A DNA stretch of 62,969 bases, counting the filler, from Octopus bimaculoides (Eukaryota): assembly GCF_001194135.2 (NCBI RefSeq). It is 5 parts of 5 records of this genome, joined end to end, with 100 filler letters (N's around TTAATTAATTAA, not from the genome) between each part and the next. Parts side by side here need not be neighbours in the genome. Positions count along the whole stretch, not along the records: positions 1 to 29,577 come from NC_068996.1; 4 more parts are not named here. The stretch is one strand, 5' to 3'. The translations under genes were made by a program, and so were the position numbers. A model generated the notes under the pieces. It saw only the letters and a list, made by a program, of their open reading frames with translations. It ran no database searches and had not been told where the DNA came from. Of the stretch, positions 1-12,184 are shown piece after piece (the first letter of the stretch is position 1; every line of letters starts with the position of its first letter).

Positions 1-52
1 AATTATATTAAAGGGTTCAGGAAAGAACCTTCTCCAACATGCTAACATGATT

Positions 53-200
53 TTAGCTTGCTTACCAACCATATGGTTCCGGGTTCAGTACCACTGCGTG
101 GCACCTTGGGCAAGTGTCTTCTACTATAGCCTCGGGCCGACCAAAGCCCTGTGAGTGGATCTGGTAGACGGAAACTGAACGAAGCCCGTCGTATATATGC

Positions 201-238
<38 letters not shown>

Positions 239-432
239 CTATGTTTGTCCCCCTACTATCGCTTGGCAACCAATGCTGGTGTGTTTTCGTCCCCGTAACT
301 TAGCGGTTTGGCAAAAAGAGACCGATAGAATAGGTACTAGGCGTACAAAGAATAAGCCCTGGGGTCGATTTTCTCGACTAAAGGCGGTGCTCCAGCATGG
401 CCGCAGTCAAATGACTGAAACAAGTAAAAGAG
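53..432 (+). mobile_element. tRNA-derived SINE, family A (octopus-type), nearly full length
   Basis: B-box-like GGGTTCAGTACC, then the body ...GGCACCTTGGGCAAGTGTCTTCTACTATAGCCTCGGGCCGACC..., an internal (TA)n(TG)n tract and the 3' half ending CAGCATGGCCGCAGTCAAATGACTGAAACAAGTAAAAG. The same sequence recurs at least 7 more times in the window. Confidence 0.9.
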
Positions 433-966
433 TTTCAAGAGAGAGTGAAAGAGTATGTATGTATGTAAGTATGTATGTATGTATGTATGTATATGTATAT
501 ATGCACGCCTACGCACACAAACATGCATATGCATTCATCCTCATATATACATATACACTAGGCACCAAGAAGCTTTAATGTCATCTAAAATTAGTTGTCA
601 AATATCTCTCAGCAGAGATTCTAACATTTTAATAGTAGGGAAGGAACACTTTATAATATATATAGTTCATGCTGCACTATGACGACAAGCGAAACGTGTT
701 GCTGACAAATGAAAAATCTTTAATAATAGATCTAATCAAACAAAATAAACTTGTAAGTAATCAACAATTAAAATACGCGCCTTTCGTTGGACATTCAGAA
801 TCTCACATACACACATGCAGCAAGACCCATTTATATAGGTATACTGATTCATTTACCTTTCTATTGTACCCAGTGTACATAGGCTATACTGTAATTTTTG
901 ATTCCATCTAGCTAGACTTATACAATATCCAACACACTGTTACAACTGCTGTATCATATAGAAGGC

Positions 967-1001
<35 letters not shown>

Positions 1002-1112
1002 NNNNNNNNNNNNNNNNNNNNNNNNNNNNNNNNNNNNNNNNNNNNNNNNNNNNNNNNNNNNNNNNNNNNNNNNNNNNNNNNNNNNNNNNNNNNNNNNNNN
1101 NNNNNNNNNNNN

Positions 1113-1173
<61 letters not shown>

Positions 1174-1295
1174 ATGTATATATATTGAAATAGTCAAGAA
1201 AACACGTAATAAATTATCCACAAGCTCTCGAGCAAACTGAGCCCTCAGGCCTGAAGAGATACATGCTTTTCTTTTTTTTTTTTTTTCTGAATCCT

Positions 1296-1354
1296 CATTT
1301 GTCATTCACGACGAGAGAACTCATGATGGATTCTCTCGTCACGAATGACAAATG
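1296..1354. repeat. 24-bp inverted repeat (hairpin) with 11-nt loop
   Basis: CATTTGTCATTCACGACGAGAGAA (1296-1319) and TTCTCTCGTCACGAATGACAAATG (1331-1354) are reverse complements at 22 of 24 positions. Confidence 0.9.
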
Positions 1355-2093
1355 CATGGAAAGCTGTTGGCTTCCATTTACGTGGATAGTTTCCGTTAAT
1401 CGAAGTTTTTCAGCCCGCTATATTCTATATGTATAAGTCTGTTGTCTGTCAATGAAGTAAACAATCCTTGTAATTGGAAGACAATAACTCCCCTCGTGGT
1501 GTTTAATATAGAAGAAAAAGTCAGTGAAGAAGGGAATAACTGCAATAATATCTGCTAATCTAAATCTTTAAAGGATTGAGACAATGCATTTAAGAGTTGA
1601 TGTTGCCATTAAAGCCAATGGACATGCTTCGATCATGTTGGATCTCCTCAGTGATGAATATTCATTTGTATGTCTTATGTGTAATCAATAATATGAAAGT
1701 CAGTACTTCACTGATACATATTTCATTTAATTCGGAGTAATTGGAAGCTTCCCAGAGGTTATTTTCTTCACCATTTATGTATTCTCCAGTCTACCGCCCT
1801 AATATTAATAATAATTTCTTTTAATCAAAATTGGAAGCAAATTCTAATGCACACGCATACCATGCATACATACTTACAAAGTTCCCAAACATACGCGAAT
1901 ATACATGTGGTTAGTGAGTACACAGACACCCATGCACATACGTACAAAAATTACATTTGCTAAAATCTCTTATACAGGCACTGCTTTGTCTTGCACCGCA
2001 AAGTGGATGAGTTTTGCTACTTATTTTCATTATTAAACATTTCTTTTTGCACCTTAAATTTCTTCACACTGAAGCCATTGCCTTGTTGATATT

Positions 2094-2208
2094 ATTATCA
2101 TCGTCATCATCATCATCAGCAGCAGCAGCAGCATCATCATCATCATCATAATCATCATCATCATCATCATCATCATCGTCTTCATCGACGTCGTCGTCAT
2201 CATCATCA
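2094..2208. repeat. (CAT/CAG/CGT)n trinucleotide microsatellite
   Basis: Direct reading of the sequence. Confidence 0.9.
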
Positions 2209-2382
2209 TTTCAAAGAATCAGTAAAAGATCCTAGCTGTATTTCTTCCTACTCATTTTGCTCCGAGTTCACTTCCACTAGTATCAACCTTACCTTTCATC
2301 TTTTCGAGGTCGATAAAATAAAGTAACCCCTCCCCTCAAAACTGCTGAGCGTGTGCCTAAATTAGAAGCCATTATTATCGCT

Positions 2383-2655
2383 GAGCTGACAGAAACGTTA
2401 GTACTCCGGGCAAATTACTTAGGGACATTTCGACTAGTCCGATTCCCTCAAATGTGCCTTTAGTAGAAAAGTCCGAGCAAAATGCTTAGCGGCATTTCGT
2501 CCGTCTTCACGTTCTGCGTTCTAATTCCTCCCAGTCGACTTTGCTTTTCATCCTTTCGAGGTCGATAAGTTAAATATCAGTTACGTACTGGAGTCAATCT
2601 AATCGACTGTCCCCTCCCCCAAAATTTCAGGCCTTGTGCCTAGAGTAGAAAGGAC
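2383..2655 (+). mobile_element. Degenerate tRNA-derived SINE family B copies (tandem fragments)
   Basis: GAGCTGACAGAAACGTTAG head, AAATGCTTAGCGGCATTTCGTC, the core GTCGACTTTGCTTTTCATCCTTTCGAGGTCGATAAG and the tail AATTTCAGGCCTTGTGCCTAGAGTAGAAAGGA. Confidence 0.75.
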
Positions 2656-2730
2656 TTCTACTACTACTACTACTACTAATAATAATAATAATAATAATAA
2701 TAACAACAACGACAATAATAATAATACAAA

Positions 2731-2945
2731 GGCGGTGAACTGGTAGAACCGTTAGCAAACCGGACGAAATGCTTAGTTGTATTTCTCTCGTCAAAACTTT
2801 CTGAATTCAAATTCCGCCGAGGTCAACTTTACCTTTCATCCTTTCGGAGTGGATAAATTAAGTACCATTGAGTACTGGAGTCCATGCAATCAGCTTACCC
2901 ACTCCGCAGAAATTTCAGGCCTTGTGTCATTAGTAGAAAGGATTA
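2731..2945 (+). mobile_element. tRNA-derived SINE family B, short-tail variant
   Basis: Head GGCGGTGAACTGGTAGAACCGTTAGC, B-box-like GAATTCAAATTCC, core CCTTTCATCCTTTCGGAGTGGATAAATTAAGTACC, tail TTTCAGGCCTTGTGTCATTAGTAGAAAGGATTA. Confidence 0.85.
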
Positions 2946-3325
2946 CTATTATTATTACTACTACTACTACTACTACTGCTAATATGGCTACTACTAAATT
3001 ATATTTGTTTTAATTATTATTTTTCCAAATGTTCTTGTTCTTGTTGTTATTGATATTGTGGTTATATTTATCAATTCCTTCACTGAACATATTCTATGTC
3101 ACAATTAAAACTATTTCCATATTAATCTTAGTATTTTGTACTTAGTTGATGTTGAGACAATTGACGCTCTTCAGGTGGGAAGATTTCGTCACAGTCTTCC
3201 ATTTCGATAAAGAAAATGCGCTGTGTATGGTTACTTGACGTGTAGGTGTAGCTGAAGACCGAAAGGAGAATTAACAGGTGGTGGTGGTGGTGGTTTTGCT
3301 CTGATAACTACAAGAAGCAGAAGAC

Positions 3326-3401
3326 GACGAAGAAGAAGAAGAAGAAGAAGAAGAAGAAGAAGAAGAAGAAGAAGAAGAAGAAGAAGAAGAAGAAGAAGAA
3401 G

Positions 3402-3439
<38 letters not shown>

Positions 3440-3440
3440 C
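3326..3440. repeat. (GAA)n followed by (CAA)n microsatellite
   Basis: Direct reading of the sequence. Confidence 0.95.
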
Positions 3441-5089
3441 CTCTCATTCTACTTTAGTCAGCAAGAAGTACTGGTCAAGTATAGAGGTCGATATAATCAA
3501 TTAAGCCCCATCTTTCAAATTCCAGAACTTGTGGCTATGCTAGAAATAATTATTGGCAGAGTGGTTAGAAACCCAGACAAAATACTATGTGGAATTTGTT
3601 CAGATGCTTTACCATCTGAGTTCCAATCCCACCGAGACCAACTTGGTAATTCATCCTTTCAAAAACAATAAAAATAATGTATGAATCAAGTGTTGAGGGC
3701 AATGGCATCGACTAATCACCTCTCATAAAAATTACTGGCCTAATTATTATCATAACTAGTAGCGTTGGAGAAATATGCCATGTATTTCCTGTGCTACACC
3801 GATAGTAGTTAGGTGCAAGCATAAAAATCTTCAGATTAAGAAATGACGTGTGAGAATGTAACAAGCTCCTAGTTTATTGGTTTATCATTATTATTTTTTT
3901 TTTTTTTGTTTTCTTTATTTTTTTTATATAACAAATCGAGATTTTATACAGCGTGACATTAGTTAAAACTATTTTTTGAAAGGTGCCCATTTCGACTTTA
4001 TAGATATTCTGCAACAGAAATAGTTGTGTAATAATTCACTATACAAATAACTAATGGAAAGCTAGGCTTTTAGTTCAACCACCATTTCGTGTAATTTCTT
4101 AACTTCTCAGTTCGTTTCGGTACCAGATATTTTTGTTATTGGTAGTTCGATAATTAATACACTTTTACGTTTTGTGTCAGTGTTATGGTTACTATTGACG
4201 TCAACCTGTATGCTAGGTTTCCGTAGTAACATCGTGTTAATCATTTTTTGAGCAAGCAGACTTTCATGTAATTTAGAGCTTTACCTCTGGAGTTGAAACA
4301 GTCAGGTGTATATAGAAAAATTTCGCAACGTTGTGCATACAATTGTATTTTGCGGGAATTAGAAGGGAATTAGAATGTCGTGCATTATTTCAGAAAATAT
4401 GTCACTGGCAACATTTATCATTTATCTAGTACATTGTGGGATTTCAACAGATTCCTTTTAATATATCTATTGATGGTTTGTTTATGTACGAGGAAAGCTA
4501 TTACCATTCAAGCCAGAATCATTACCTATATGTAGGATATTCAGTTCTCTTGAGTATGGAACATTTAAAGATATGCCTTTAGAATTGTTCGCTTAGGGCA
4601 CCTTATGTGCCATATTTTGGAAACTTAAAAGACAATATTAATAGTTATCCTATATTGATCTCTGGTGTTCAGTAGATATCTTAGCTCATTTTCTTCTAGT
4701 GATCTATAATCATTTGATGTTATAACTGTATAATACGTGATGCATTTTTGGAAATTTCTAGCTAGTCTACAGAACTTAGGTTTGTTATATTGTAGTCCAG
4801 TACTACACAACTATGTTATAGTCGCAAATGGTACAGATTGTATTTTTGGTATTGACGTTAATATAAAAAAGTTTGATTCAGTGTAAATATTCATTTCTCA
4901 TTTGCATATTTTTAAGGTCTGAGTGACCGCATTAGCAAAGTTAAGTGGGAATTAACGGGTGCAATTACTAATAATAGTTTATGGGTCGCACGAAAGAAGA
5001 CAATTATAGAAGAATATGTCAGTTTATCAAAGCGAAGATTTTTTCAAAGGCAAGACTTTTTTTACCAAAAAAGAATGATAGACTGGAGG

Positions 5090-6230
5090 AGGTCGCAACT
5101 AAATAAGAGAGGTGAACAGAAAAGATACCGCCTTCGATGTGCTTGCAAAGACAATGTTTCCTGATCACTTCTTCGACACAAAAGGAAGCATACAAAAAAC
5201 ATGAGGATTTAATGGTGAAATACCGAGTGGCATTTGCAGACACGTGTTATCTGATCTCAAGCAGAGATGTGCATTATTTTGACGGCACTTGATCAATTGT
5301 TTGCAAAGCACGACTGAACGGAGACGGTGGACTTCGATGTCTACTACACGGACTGCAGCATCTATCGACCAAAAACATGTACTGCTGCAAAACTAAATGT
5401 TTAGTGGGTTATTGAGTTGCGATACGATGGATAAATTATCAGGTTTGAATGGATTACGTCACAAACTTTATCGTTATATGCCAAACTTGTTGGCTACTAT
5501 TTTGGCAGCTGTCTATTGCAACTGATAGCTAGCGATCTGGAAAATTACCAGTTATGTGAACCGAGAAGTGAGGATGTTGCTAATGAAAAACTTGATCAAA
5601 GGAGACAATAGACAAATTCATGTTAAAGATTTCAGCAAAGATGTTCGCCAAGAAGTTTATGTGTGTGTTGGCAGTATATTTGGAGACAACCAGTACCTCA
5701 CACGATATGGTGTAGAGCGAGTGAGCACCGGATCTGGTCTGGTGGAGCTCCAAACAATTTAGTTTGTTATAATGTGTATACAGTGTCATCAGTCGCTACT
5801 GAACGTTTGTCTAAATTGTAGAATCAATGACAATAATGATGGTGAACGTGTTTCGTCAGTATGTGCTACATGTTCTTCCACAACTCTTGTCTTTGGTTTG
5901 AATTGACACAGAATTGAATATTGCTAGGTGCTTGCTGTACTTTACCAAAAGACAATATGGTCGATAGAGAGCTGACCTTTGCTTTCTATAAAGGATACGA
6001 ACGATACGAAGGATAAGACGGATATCAGTTGAGTCAATCACAAAAATTGATCTACCGCTTTTTCTTCGAAAAGTAAACGAAGACAGCTTCCCATTGCCTG
6101 GTGAATATCACACAGAAAATTGCGCTTTCAGCTCACGACTAAAAGCCTTGAAGTCGCTGTTTTACCTCTCAAGCAAGTCTTGATCAACTAGTGTCACTTA
6201 AAGAGGAAAATGAGAATATAGACTACGATA
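5090..6230 (+). pseudogene. Decayed hAT (Charlie/GTF2IRD2-like) transposase remnant
   Basis: Frame-shifted pieces read LDQLFAKHD.., RRWTSMSTTRTAASIDQKHVLL (compare W..L.SI.TDGA.SM.G), LNGLRHKLYRYM (compare RGLNHRQF), CN**LAIWKITSYVNREVRMLLMK (compare VRWLS...LR.EI..FL..K) and EYHTENCAFSS (compare TYLCEQ.FS). They occur in the expected order, with many stops and frameshifts. Confidence 0.55.
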
Positions 6231-6763
6231 CTACTCTCAGTTACATCGTATGAAAGGTAGTCACAATATTGGAATATCTAAATTAACCTGCCTCTACTTA
6301 TATTATTGGCTGGGGGCAAGGACCTAAAGGAACTGTTGACTGTTTATGTATCGGAGTAATTCATAGTTGTGAGCGGAGTGCTACGAATCACCATTCAGGG
6401 TTAAAGCATTTTGTTGTCATATACTAGCGAAGTCGCCTTGTAACTAATTTGTTTTCAATATTCATGTTATTGGAGTGTCAATTGTTAATAGTTTAACTTT
6501 ATAATTTTTTACAAGATCATATTGGAGGGAGATTTTTATCTAAAGTCAAATCACATATAAAGAGAGAAAAAAGAAAAACCCGTGTCATAAGTTCGCCATC
6601 ACCGTTATACGTTGTTGGTGCTATTTATAGATGAAGTTTAGTATAATGACTGCAGTTAAGTATTTCAGTATTGTTTGGAGCAGTGTAGAAGTATGAGATA
6701 TATTTTATTGTAGCGTATATATTCTCTGTTGCTATCAGTATACCATAATTTTATTACTATGTC

Positions 6764-7215
6764 ATGGAAGACGATGTTCATAACTTTGGCATGCCTTCAG
6801 TGATCGGTGAGATAGATGTGGTTAACGTTCCTATTGAGCTGTTGTAAAGACTACAGGAAAAACATGCCCAAAGATGGAATCTCCAAACTCCGATGAAGGA
6901 CCTTTGATTTAATAATTAGTGCGAGAAATGGAAAAATTATATGGATTTCAAGAGGAGAATAAATGAGTTGGTAGTTCCTGATAGAAAATGGCATCAGACT
7001 GTCCGTTCCGAGAAGCAGAGTTCGCAGCGGCGTCCACATTGGATGGAGAATACAATTTCAGGCATGAACTTGGTAGTAAGCTTAAGTATTTCATGATTCT
7101 AAAGTAGAGGAAAGCAATTGTCTGCCTAATGCAGTTGCAGGGCAACATTCGTAATGGTGTGAGTTGCTATTTGAAGATCGTAAGTGTTCTACTTACGGAC
7201 AGTTTATGTTTGGCG
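6764..7215 (+). pseudogene. Decayed PIF/Harbinger DDE transposase remnant
   Basis: Translated fragments FGMPSVIGEIDVVNVPI (compare FPGVIGAIDGTHIPI), DRKWHQTVR (compare NRKGYHSIN), VFHDSKV (compare GS.HDSR) and LLFEDRKC (compare LLGDSGY) are collinear and interrupted by stops. Confidence 0.55.
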
Positions 7216-7986
7216 TTGAGTGGGATAAGAAATGTGTGTGTGTGTCTGTGTGTGTGTGTGCGTGTGTGTGTGTGTGTGTGCGCGTGCGTGTGCGGATTGT
7301 CTTTCTCTCTCTTTATATATATATAAATGTGTATATATGCATGTATGTATATATGAATATATATATATATATATAAATGTGCATATATGCATGTATGTAT
7401 ATATGAATGTGTATATACATAGACATACACACATACATACAGTAATACATATAGTTTATTTTTAAGTGAAAACCACAGGAGAATTTCAAATCTTCAGTTT
7501 AAGATGATGAAACATTTCTTAAATGTAATGACGCACAACTACTTAGGACGATGAAGATTACATGAAGTACACATTGTAACGAGATGGACTGAAGCAACTT
7601 TTATAAATGCTTTCGTATGGAATAGTGGTAGTGGTCATAGTTATCCCGTCTGTGACCAGAAATATAATTTAGGAAATATAAGTACATTGCATATAAGTAT
7701 AATATATATCTGTGTGTATATAGTTGCACTATTTAGCGCCTCACTATAAATAAAATCTGGAATGGCAGCACTAAGCAGTGATGTGTATAAATATAAAATT
7801 GTTTGTTACCAGTTCTAATATGGGACCTGTCTCTCTTGTCAGTTTACAGCGTCTGGGGAGAAAACGACTTCGAAATTGATGCATCTAACAGTCTAGTGCA
7901 GTCTAGTGCTGGGGCTGACTCGGTGTATTAACACCTATTTGTCAACAGTGAGCAATTGATATATATATATATATATATATATATAA

Positions 7987-8025
7987 ATCGTCAACGATTT
8001 AAACCACATGTGAATCGTTGGCGAT
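7987..8025. repeat. 13-bp stem hairpin upstream of the hammerhead motif
   Basis: ATCGTCAACGATT pairs with AATCGTTGGCGAT, with one G:U pair on the + strand and a 13-nt loop. Confidence 0.7.
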
Positions 8026-8074
8026 GTGTTTTTTTCCTCTGTCTTCCTTTTCTATTGGACTTTTTACTGTCTCC

Positions 8075-8111
8075 TGTTTCTGAAGAAGAGCTTTGCACGA
8101 AACGTAAAACA
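8075..8111 (+). ncRNA. Minimal type-I hammerhead ribozyme motif in a Penelope-type terminal-repeat fragment
   Basis: TGTTT-[CTGAAGA]-A-GAGC-TTT-GCAC-[GAAA]-CGTA-AAACA. Stem I is TGTTT/AAACA, the core is canonical, stem II pairs at 3 of 4 positions, helix III is the palindrome ACGT and the cleavage triplet is GUA. Confidence 0.6.
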
Positions 8112-8343
8112 ACCTTTCTTTCCTTCCCTGGGCGTCTGCCAATACTTTACATGTACCACGTCCTCGCGTTGTTGTTCTTCGTTTTTTTGTGTTTTTTTGT
8201 GGGGCGAGGTTACTACTTACCGCACGCTCACACGGACCCCCGGCCTTCCGACTGACTTTGGAGTACCTAATTCGCAGAATTCTTTCTATCATTGGATTTC
8301 ATTACCTTGTTCATTCGGAATACGCCATTTCTGCACCTTACTT

Positions 8344-8350
8344 ACACACA

Positions 8351-8422
<72 letters not shown>

Positions 8423-8433
8423 NNNNNNNNNNN

Positions 8434-8465
<32 letters not shown>
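8344..8465. repeat. (CA)n and (TA)n microsatellites separated by an N gap
   Basis: Direct reading of the sequence. Confidence 0.9.
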
Positions 8466-8468
<3 letters not shown>

Positions 8469-9031
8469 TTTTGCAATACATCCCAAAACATTGACTATGT
8501 TGGTCTAAGATGAGAAAAATATCTTCCGCTAGTAGATAACAATGTGTATTAAGTTTTACTCTTGTTGTTAATTTTAATATGTCCTGAAAACAGAGGCAAG
8601 TTAAAATAGGACAAACAACAAAAACAAATTGATAAATTCATTAGGAAACAAAGTGAATTTGTTTGTTTTTTCATTTATTTTATTTAGAATGAATTCTAGA
8701 TAAAATGTGAAAATGCAATCGATAAATTAGACTATTTTAGGAAAAGAAAAATACCTAGATAAGAAGAAAACTAAATTTTGATAAACGTAAACATTGATTT
8801 CTAAAGACGTGCTATAATTAAGCTTAACTATGACGTGTACTGTGGGAGGGAAAGTTGTAAATTCTTGGAGAATGGGAATTAGCCAAACGGTTCCAATTTA
8901 CAAATTCACGTTTCTTTTGTTTATTTATTTCCTATGATCAGAGTATTATTGCGTCACCGAAGATTTAATCTTTCAATTCGATTGCGTCACGTTGGTTGAA
9001 CGTTGAACTAATTGGGGTTTTTTTTTTGCAG

Positions 9032-9034
9032 ATC
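9032..9034 (+). other. Candidate 3-nt microexon (ATC)
   Basis: Branch-point-like CTAAT (9008-9012), a T10 tract, acceptor GCAG (AG at 9030-9031), then ATC and the donor GTGAGT (9035-9040). Sequence signal only. Confidence 0.25.
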
Positions 9035-9141
9035 GTGAGTTTAAGTCGTCGGGTGCTGCTTCACAAAATTTATAAAAATTGCTTTAATACACTCATTACC
9101 TACTTTGCTATCTTCTATTACACTTTTCTATCTACTATCTA

Positions 9142-9653
9142 CATAGATGTATTCGTATACGAAATGTAACTTTCAGTGCTGGCTCTGCCATAGAAAATCT
9201 GTAGAGATAGCTTAAAAGTGATTGAATCGCCCTGCTAAAACAGGACACACAGTATTGTCCTGTAAGCCGTTAATATACTGGTAGTATATTATGGTTGTAT
9301 AACGAAGTACAGTGCCCCTGCCAGCTGTTAATATGGACGTACCAGTTGCCAAGAATGTGTTTCTATATGTAAAATTGGTATATCCAGTTGTGTTACACCG
9401 CTAAATTTAGCGGATATTTAAGTAATATGTTCGTGAATGGTTAATGGGTCGCATGTGGTACAGCGGGAGAAAGCGCAAGAACTCCTGAAATATACATGTA
9501 CGCCAATTACATATTTTTCAATCCTTCATCGCATAGATGTATTCGCATACGAAATGCCGTGGCTTCCAGTGCTTGCTCTAATTTCTATAGAAAATCTCTA
9601 GAGATAACTTTCTCTAAAGATAACTTTAAACAGTGATTGAATTGCACTACTAA
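9142..9653 (+). repeat. Pair of diverged ~100-120 bp direct repeats (9142-9238 and 9532-9653)
   Basis: Both start CATAGATGTATTCG(T/C)ATACGAAATG, contain ATAGAAAATCT(G/C)TAGAGATA and end AGTGATTGAAT..C.CT.CTAA. Confidence 0.8.
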
Positions 9654-9736
9654 TACATACATACATACATACATACATACATGCATACATACATGCGCGC
9701 GCGCGTGTGCAAAGAAAGAGACAAATAGAGAAATAC

Positions 9737-10500
9737 TTAAGAGGTGCATTCCAGAAATTGACATTTCTCCAGAAGATATTTATTAAGTGTACAAAACTTT
9801 AATCTCCTTCAAAGGAAGATCCACTAACTACAATGCACTCATTGTAGGGCTGCAGCTACTTCGTGAAGTCCTCCAAAATGAGGTAGCCATGACCCTTGTC
9901 ACGACCTCCATCATCTCAATATCATCAAAACAATTGCCTCAGGAGTTCTCCTTCAGCTTCGGGAACAGCCAAAAGTCACAGGGAGCAAGGCCTAGATTCC
10001 AGAGAAGGTGAATGACAGTATTGATGCCTGTCTCTAGCAAGTAGTTTGTTGTCAGGGTGGAATTGTGGACTGGTGCACTGTCCTGGTGCAGGTGCCACCG
10101 ATCCGAGTGGACCTCTGCGACGAAATTTCTTCCCGAACTTCCTCGAACTTCCACAAAGTACTCTTTCGACTATCTGGCCCGAGGAAACTTAGCGGATGTA
10201 GATGGTGCCCTTGCCTTGCCTAACCTTCTTGGATCTAAGAGAGCCAGGAGGCTTCCATTCGGCACTCTATTCTTTTAGACTCTGGATCATAACAGTTAAT
10301 CCAGCTTTTGTCAAAGATCACCAGTTCCTCAAGTACTCTTGGGTAGGAGGTAATGAGCTCAACCATCTTCCTGCTGATATCAATGTCTTTCGTTCGTCAC
10401 TGAGCATATTAGGAACAAGCATTGCACAAATTCTGTGTATGTTCAGACCTTCATGAACAATTCTGAGTACAGTTGTCACAGCAACCGTAAACGCTAAAGC
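9737..10500 (-). mobile_element. Decayed mariner transposon (3' part of transposase and probable right TIR)
   Basis: Minus-strand fragments NWINCYDPESKR, WHLHQDSAPVHNSTL, LAPCDFWLFPKLKEN and NECIVVSGSSFEGD* match mariner DD34D motifs (WIY.YDPE, HQDNAP.H, LAP.DF.LF, Y.EGD). Confidence 0.85.
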
Positions 10501-12136
10501 AGTCTCAAAACTTCTGGAATATACATATTAATACTATAGGATTGGCTGTCGATCAACAAAACCAAATAATACACGCAAATGAACAGAGGGAGAAAGAGAA
10601 AGAGGTACATGAAACTCTCGCCACTTGAGTTATAATGTTCCTCAGAGACAATACTGTGGTATTCGTCAGGTGATAATGTCTTTTATGGACGTGCTGTTTA
10701 TAAAAATACAGTATACATATCAGAAGCAAACGAAAGATCTCCTAGCTGCGGCAGTGAAGATGTGATATGTACATCTGCCTCACTCTGTGATGTCAGTAAT
10801 TAGTACTTACAGCCAGTTGCATACTGATACTGCAATAAATTTGCTGTCACCGATGTATTTATCTTTCTGTTACATATAAAGGATTTTTTTTATTCAACCG
10901 CGCGGCTATTTGCTAAATTAGTGATTGTTTATTCCCTATTTTCTCACATTAAAGGTGACAGATTTAAAAATCAGGAAAAAATCCCGCAAATTTCGATGCC
11001 AGTTAGATATCCATTTCCAATTTTGTACTAGGGGAATTATAGTTGTTTTATTAGTATTATTTTTTTTTAATCAGTGTGTACTGTCTTGGTTTGTTTTTGC
11101 AGTTATTTTGTTGTTGCTATTGTCGTTGCTGTTGTTGTTGTCGTCGTCGTCATCGTCGTTGTTGTTCTTGTCCTTGCTGTTTCTGTTACTGCTGTTGTTG
11201 GTGGTGGTGGAGGTGGTATTGCAATTATGTTGCATTTAGGCAACACGTCTTCTGGCTAAAAAAACCAACTAGTCTCTGGGTGCCTTTCTTGTAAACATTT
11301 TAAGCAAAAACCACCAGTTGTAACTTCCTGTAAGCTTTTCTTACTGGGAACGTATTTTACTTGTTTTGGGGGATCAATAGTTTAAAATAAGAAGTGCTGC
11401 ATTGCTGTTTAAAATTGTGAGTTGTAAGAATATGTGTAGCAGCAGTATTATTGTTGTCGTCGGTAAGATAGCGGAATTGATGTTGTTAGTTAGTTTTGTG
11501 TTAGCACCGATCAAAAAGACCTTCGAAGAAAGACGTCACCGACATGAGCAACATATTGTTCAGTAGCTTATTCCAGTGTTTCAGTCTTTTTAAAAAATAG
11601 TTGAGTGTCATATGATAACATTTGTTCGCTATTTCTAACAGGTTAAACCATATAGCTTTTTTACTTCTTGACTCGATGTTGTTCTTATCAATCAGACTTT
11701 TGATCTAATGCATTGTAGCCGTGACAACTCTATGAGTTTTCAAGTTAACAGTAATATATTAACTAAAATGTAGAGCATTTCTGTAAGAGTACGGTGTGAT
11801 TTGAGGGCTGCTATACCTCACAGTTTCCTCGTTGACTTTGTTTTTGTTGCTGTTAGTGGTGCTGGTAAGGGTGTCTTCATTGCTGTTGGTAGGGCTGCTT
11901 TAGGAAATGTTAGCACGAAATATATATAGTTATATATTTTTAATAATGTTTTTGTTACCAGCGAAAACTGTCTTCATTGCAAAGCCATGAGGCACAACAG
12001 AATTGACAATCAATCATTAAGAAAATTGAACAAAAATGTGATGTGTTCTGTTTTAGGCCACTGAAAAAGAAGGCTGGAGTAATCAAAGAGTGCCTGAGAG
12101 AAGATGGAGAAGTTTAAAGGAGAAAGAGAGAGAGGG

Positions 12137-12140
<4 letters not shown>

Positions 12141-12184
<44 letters not shown>

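Noticed and set aside
10636-10866. Open frames with splice-like signals on both strands (ETILWYSSGDNVFYG.. on +, KDKYIGDSKFIAVSVCNW on -)
   Set aside because: The splice sites are weak, the peptides are unrecognisable and they cannot be chained in phase with other candidates.
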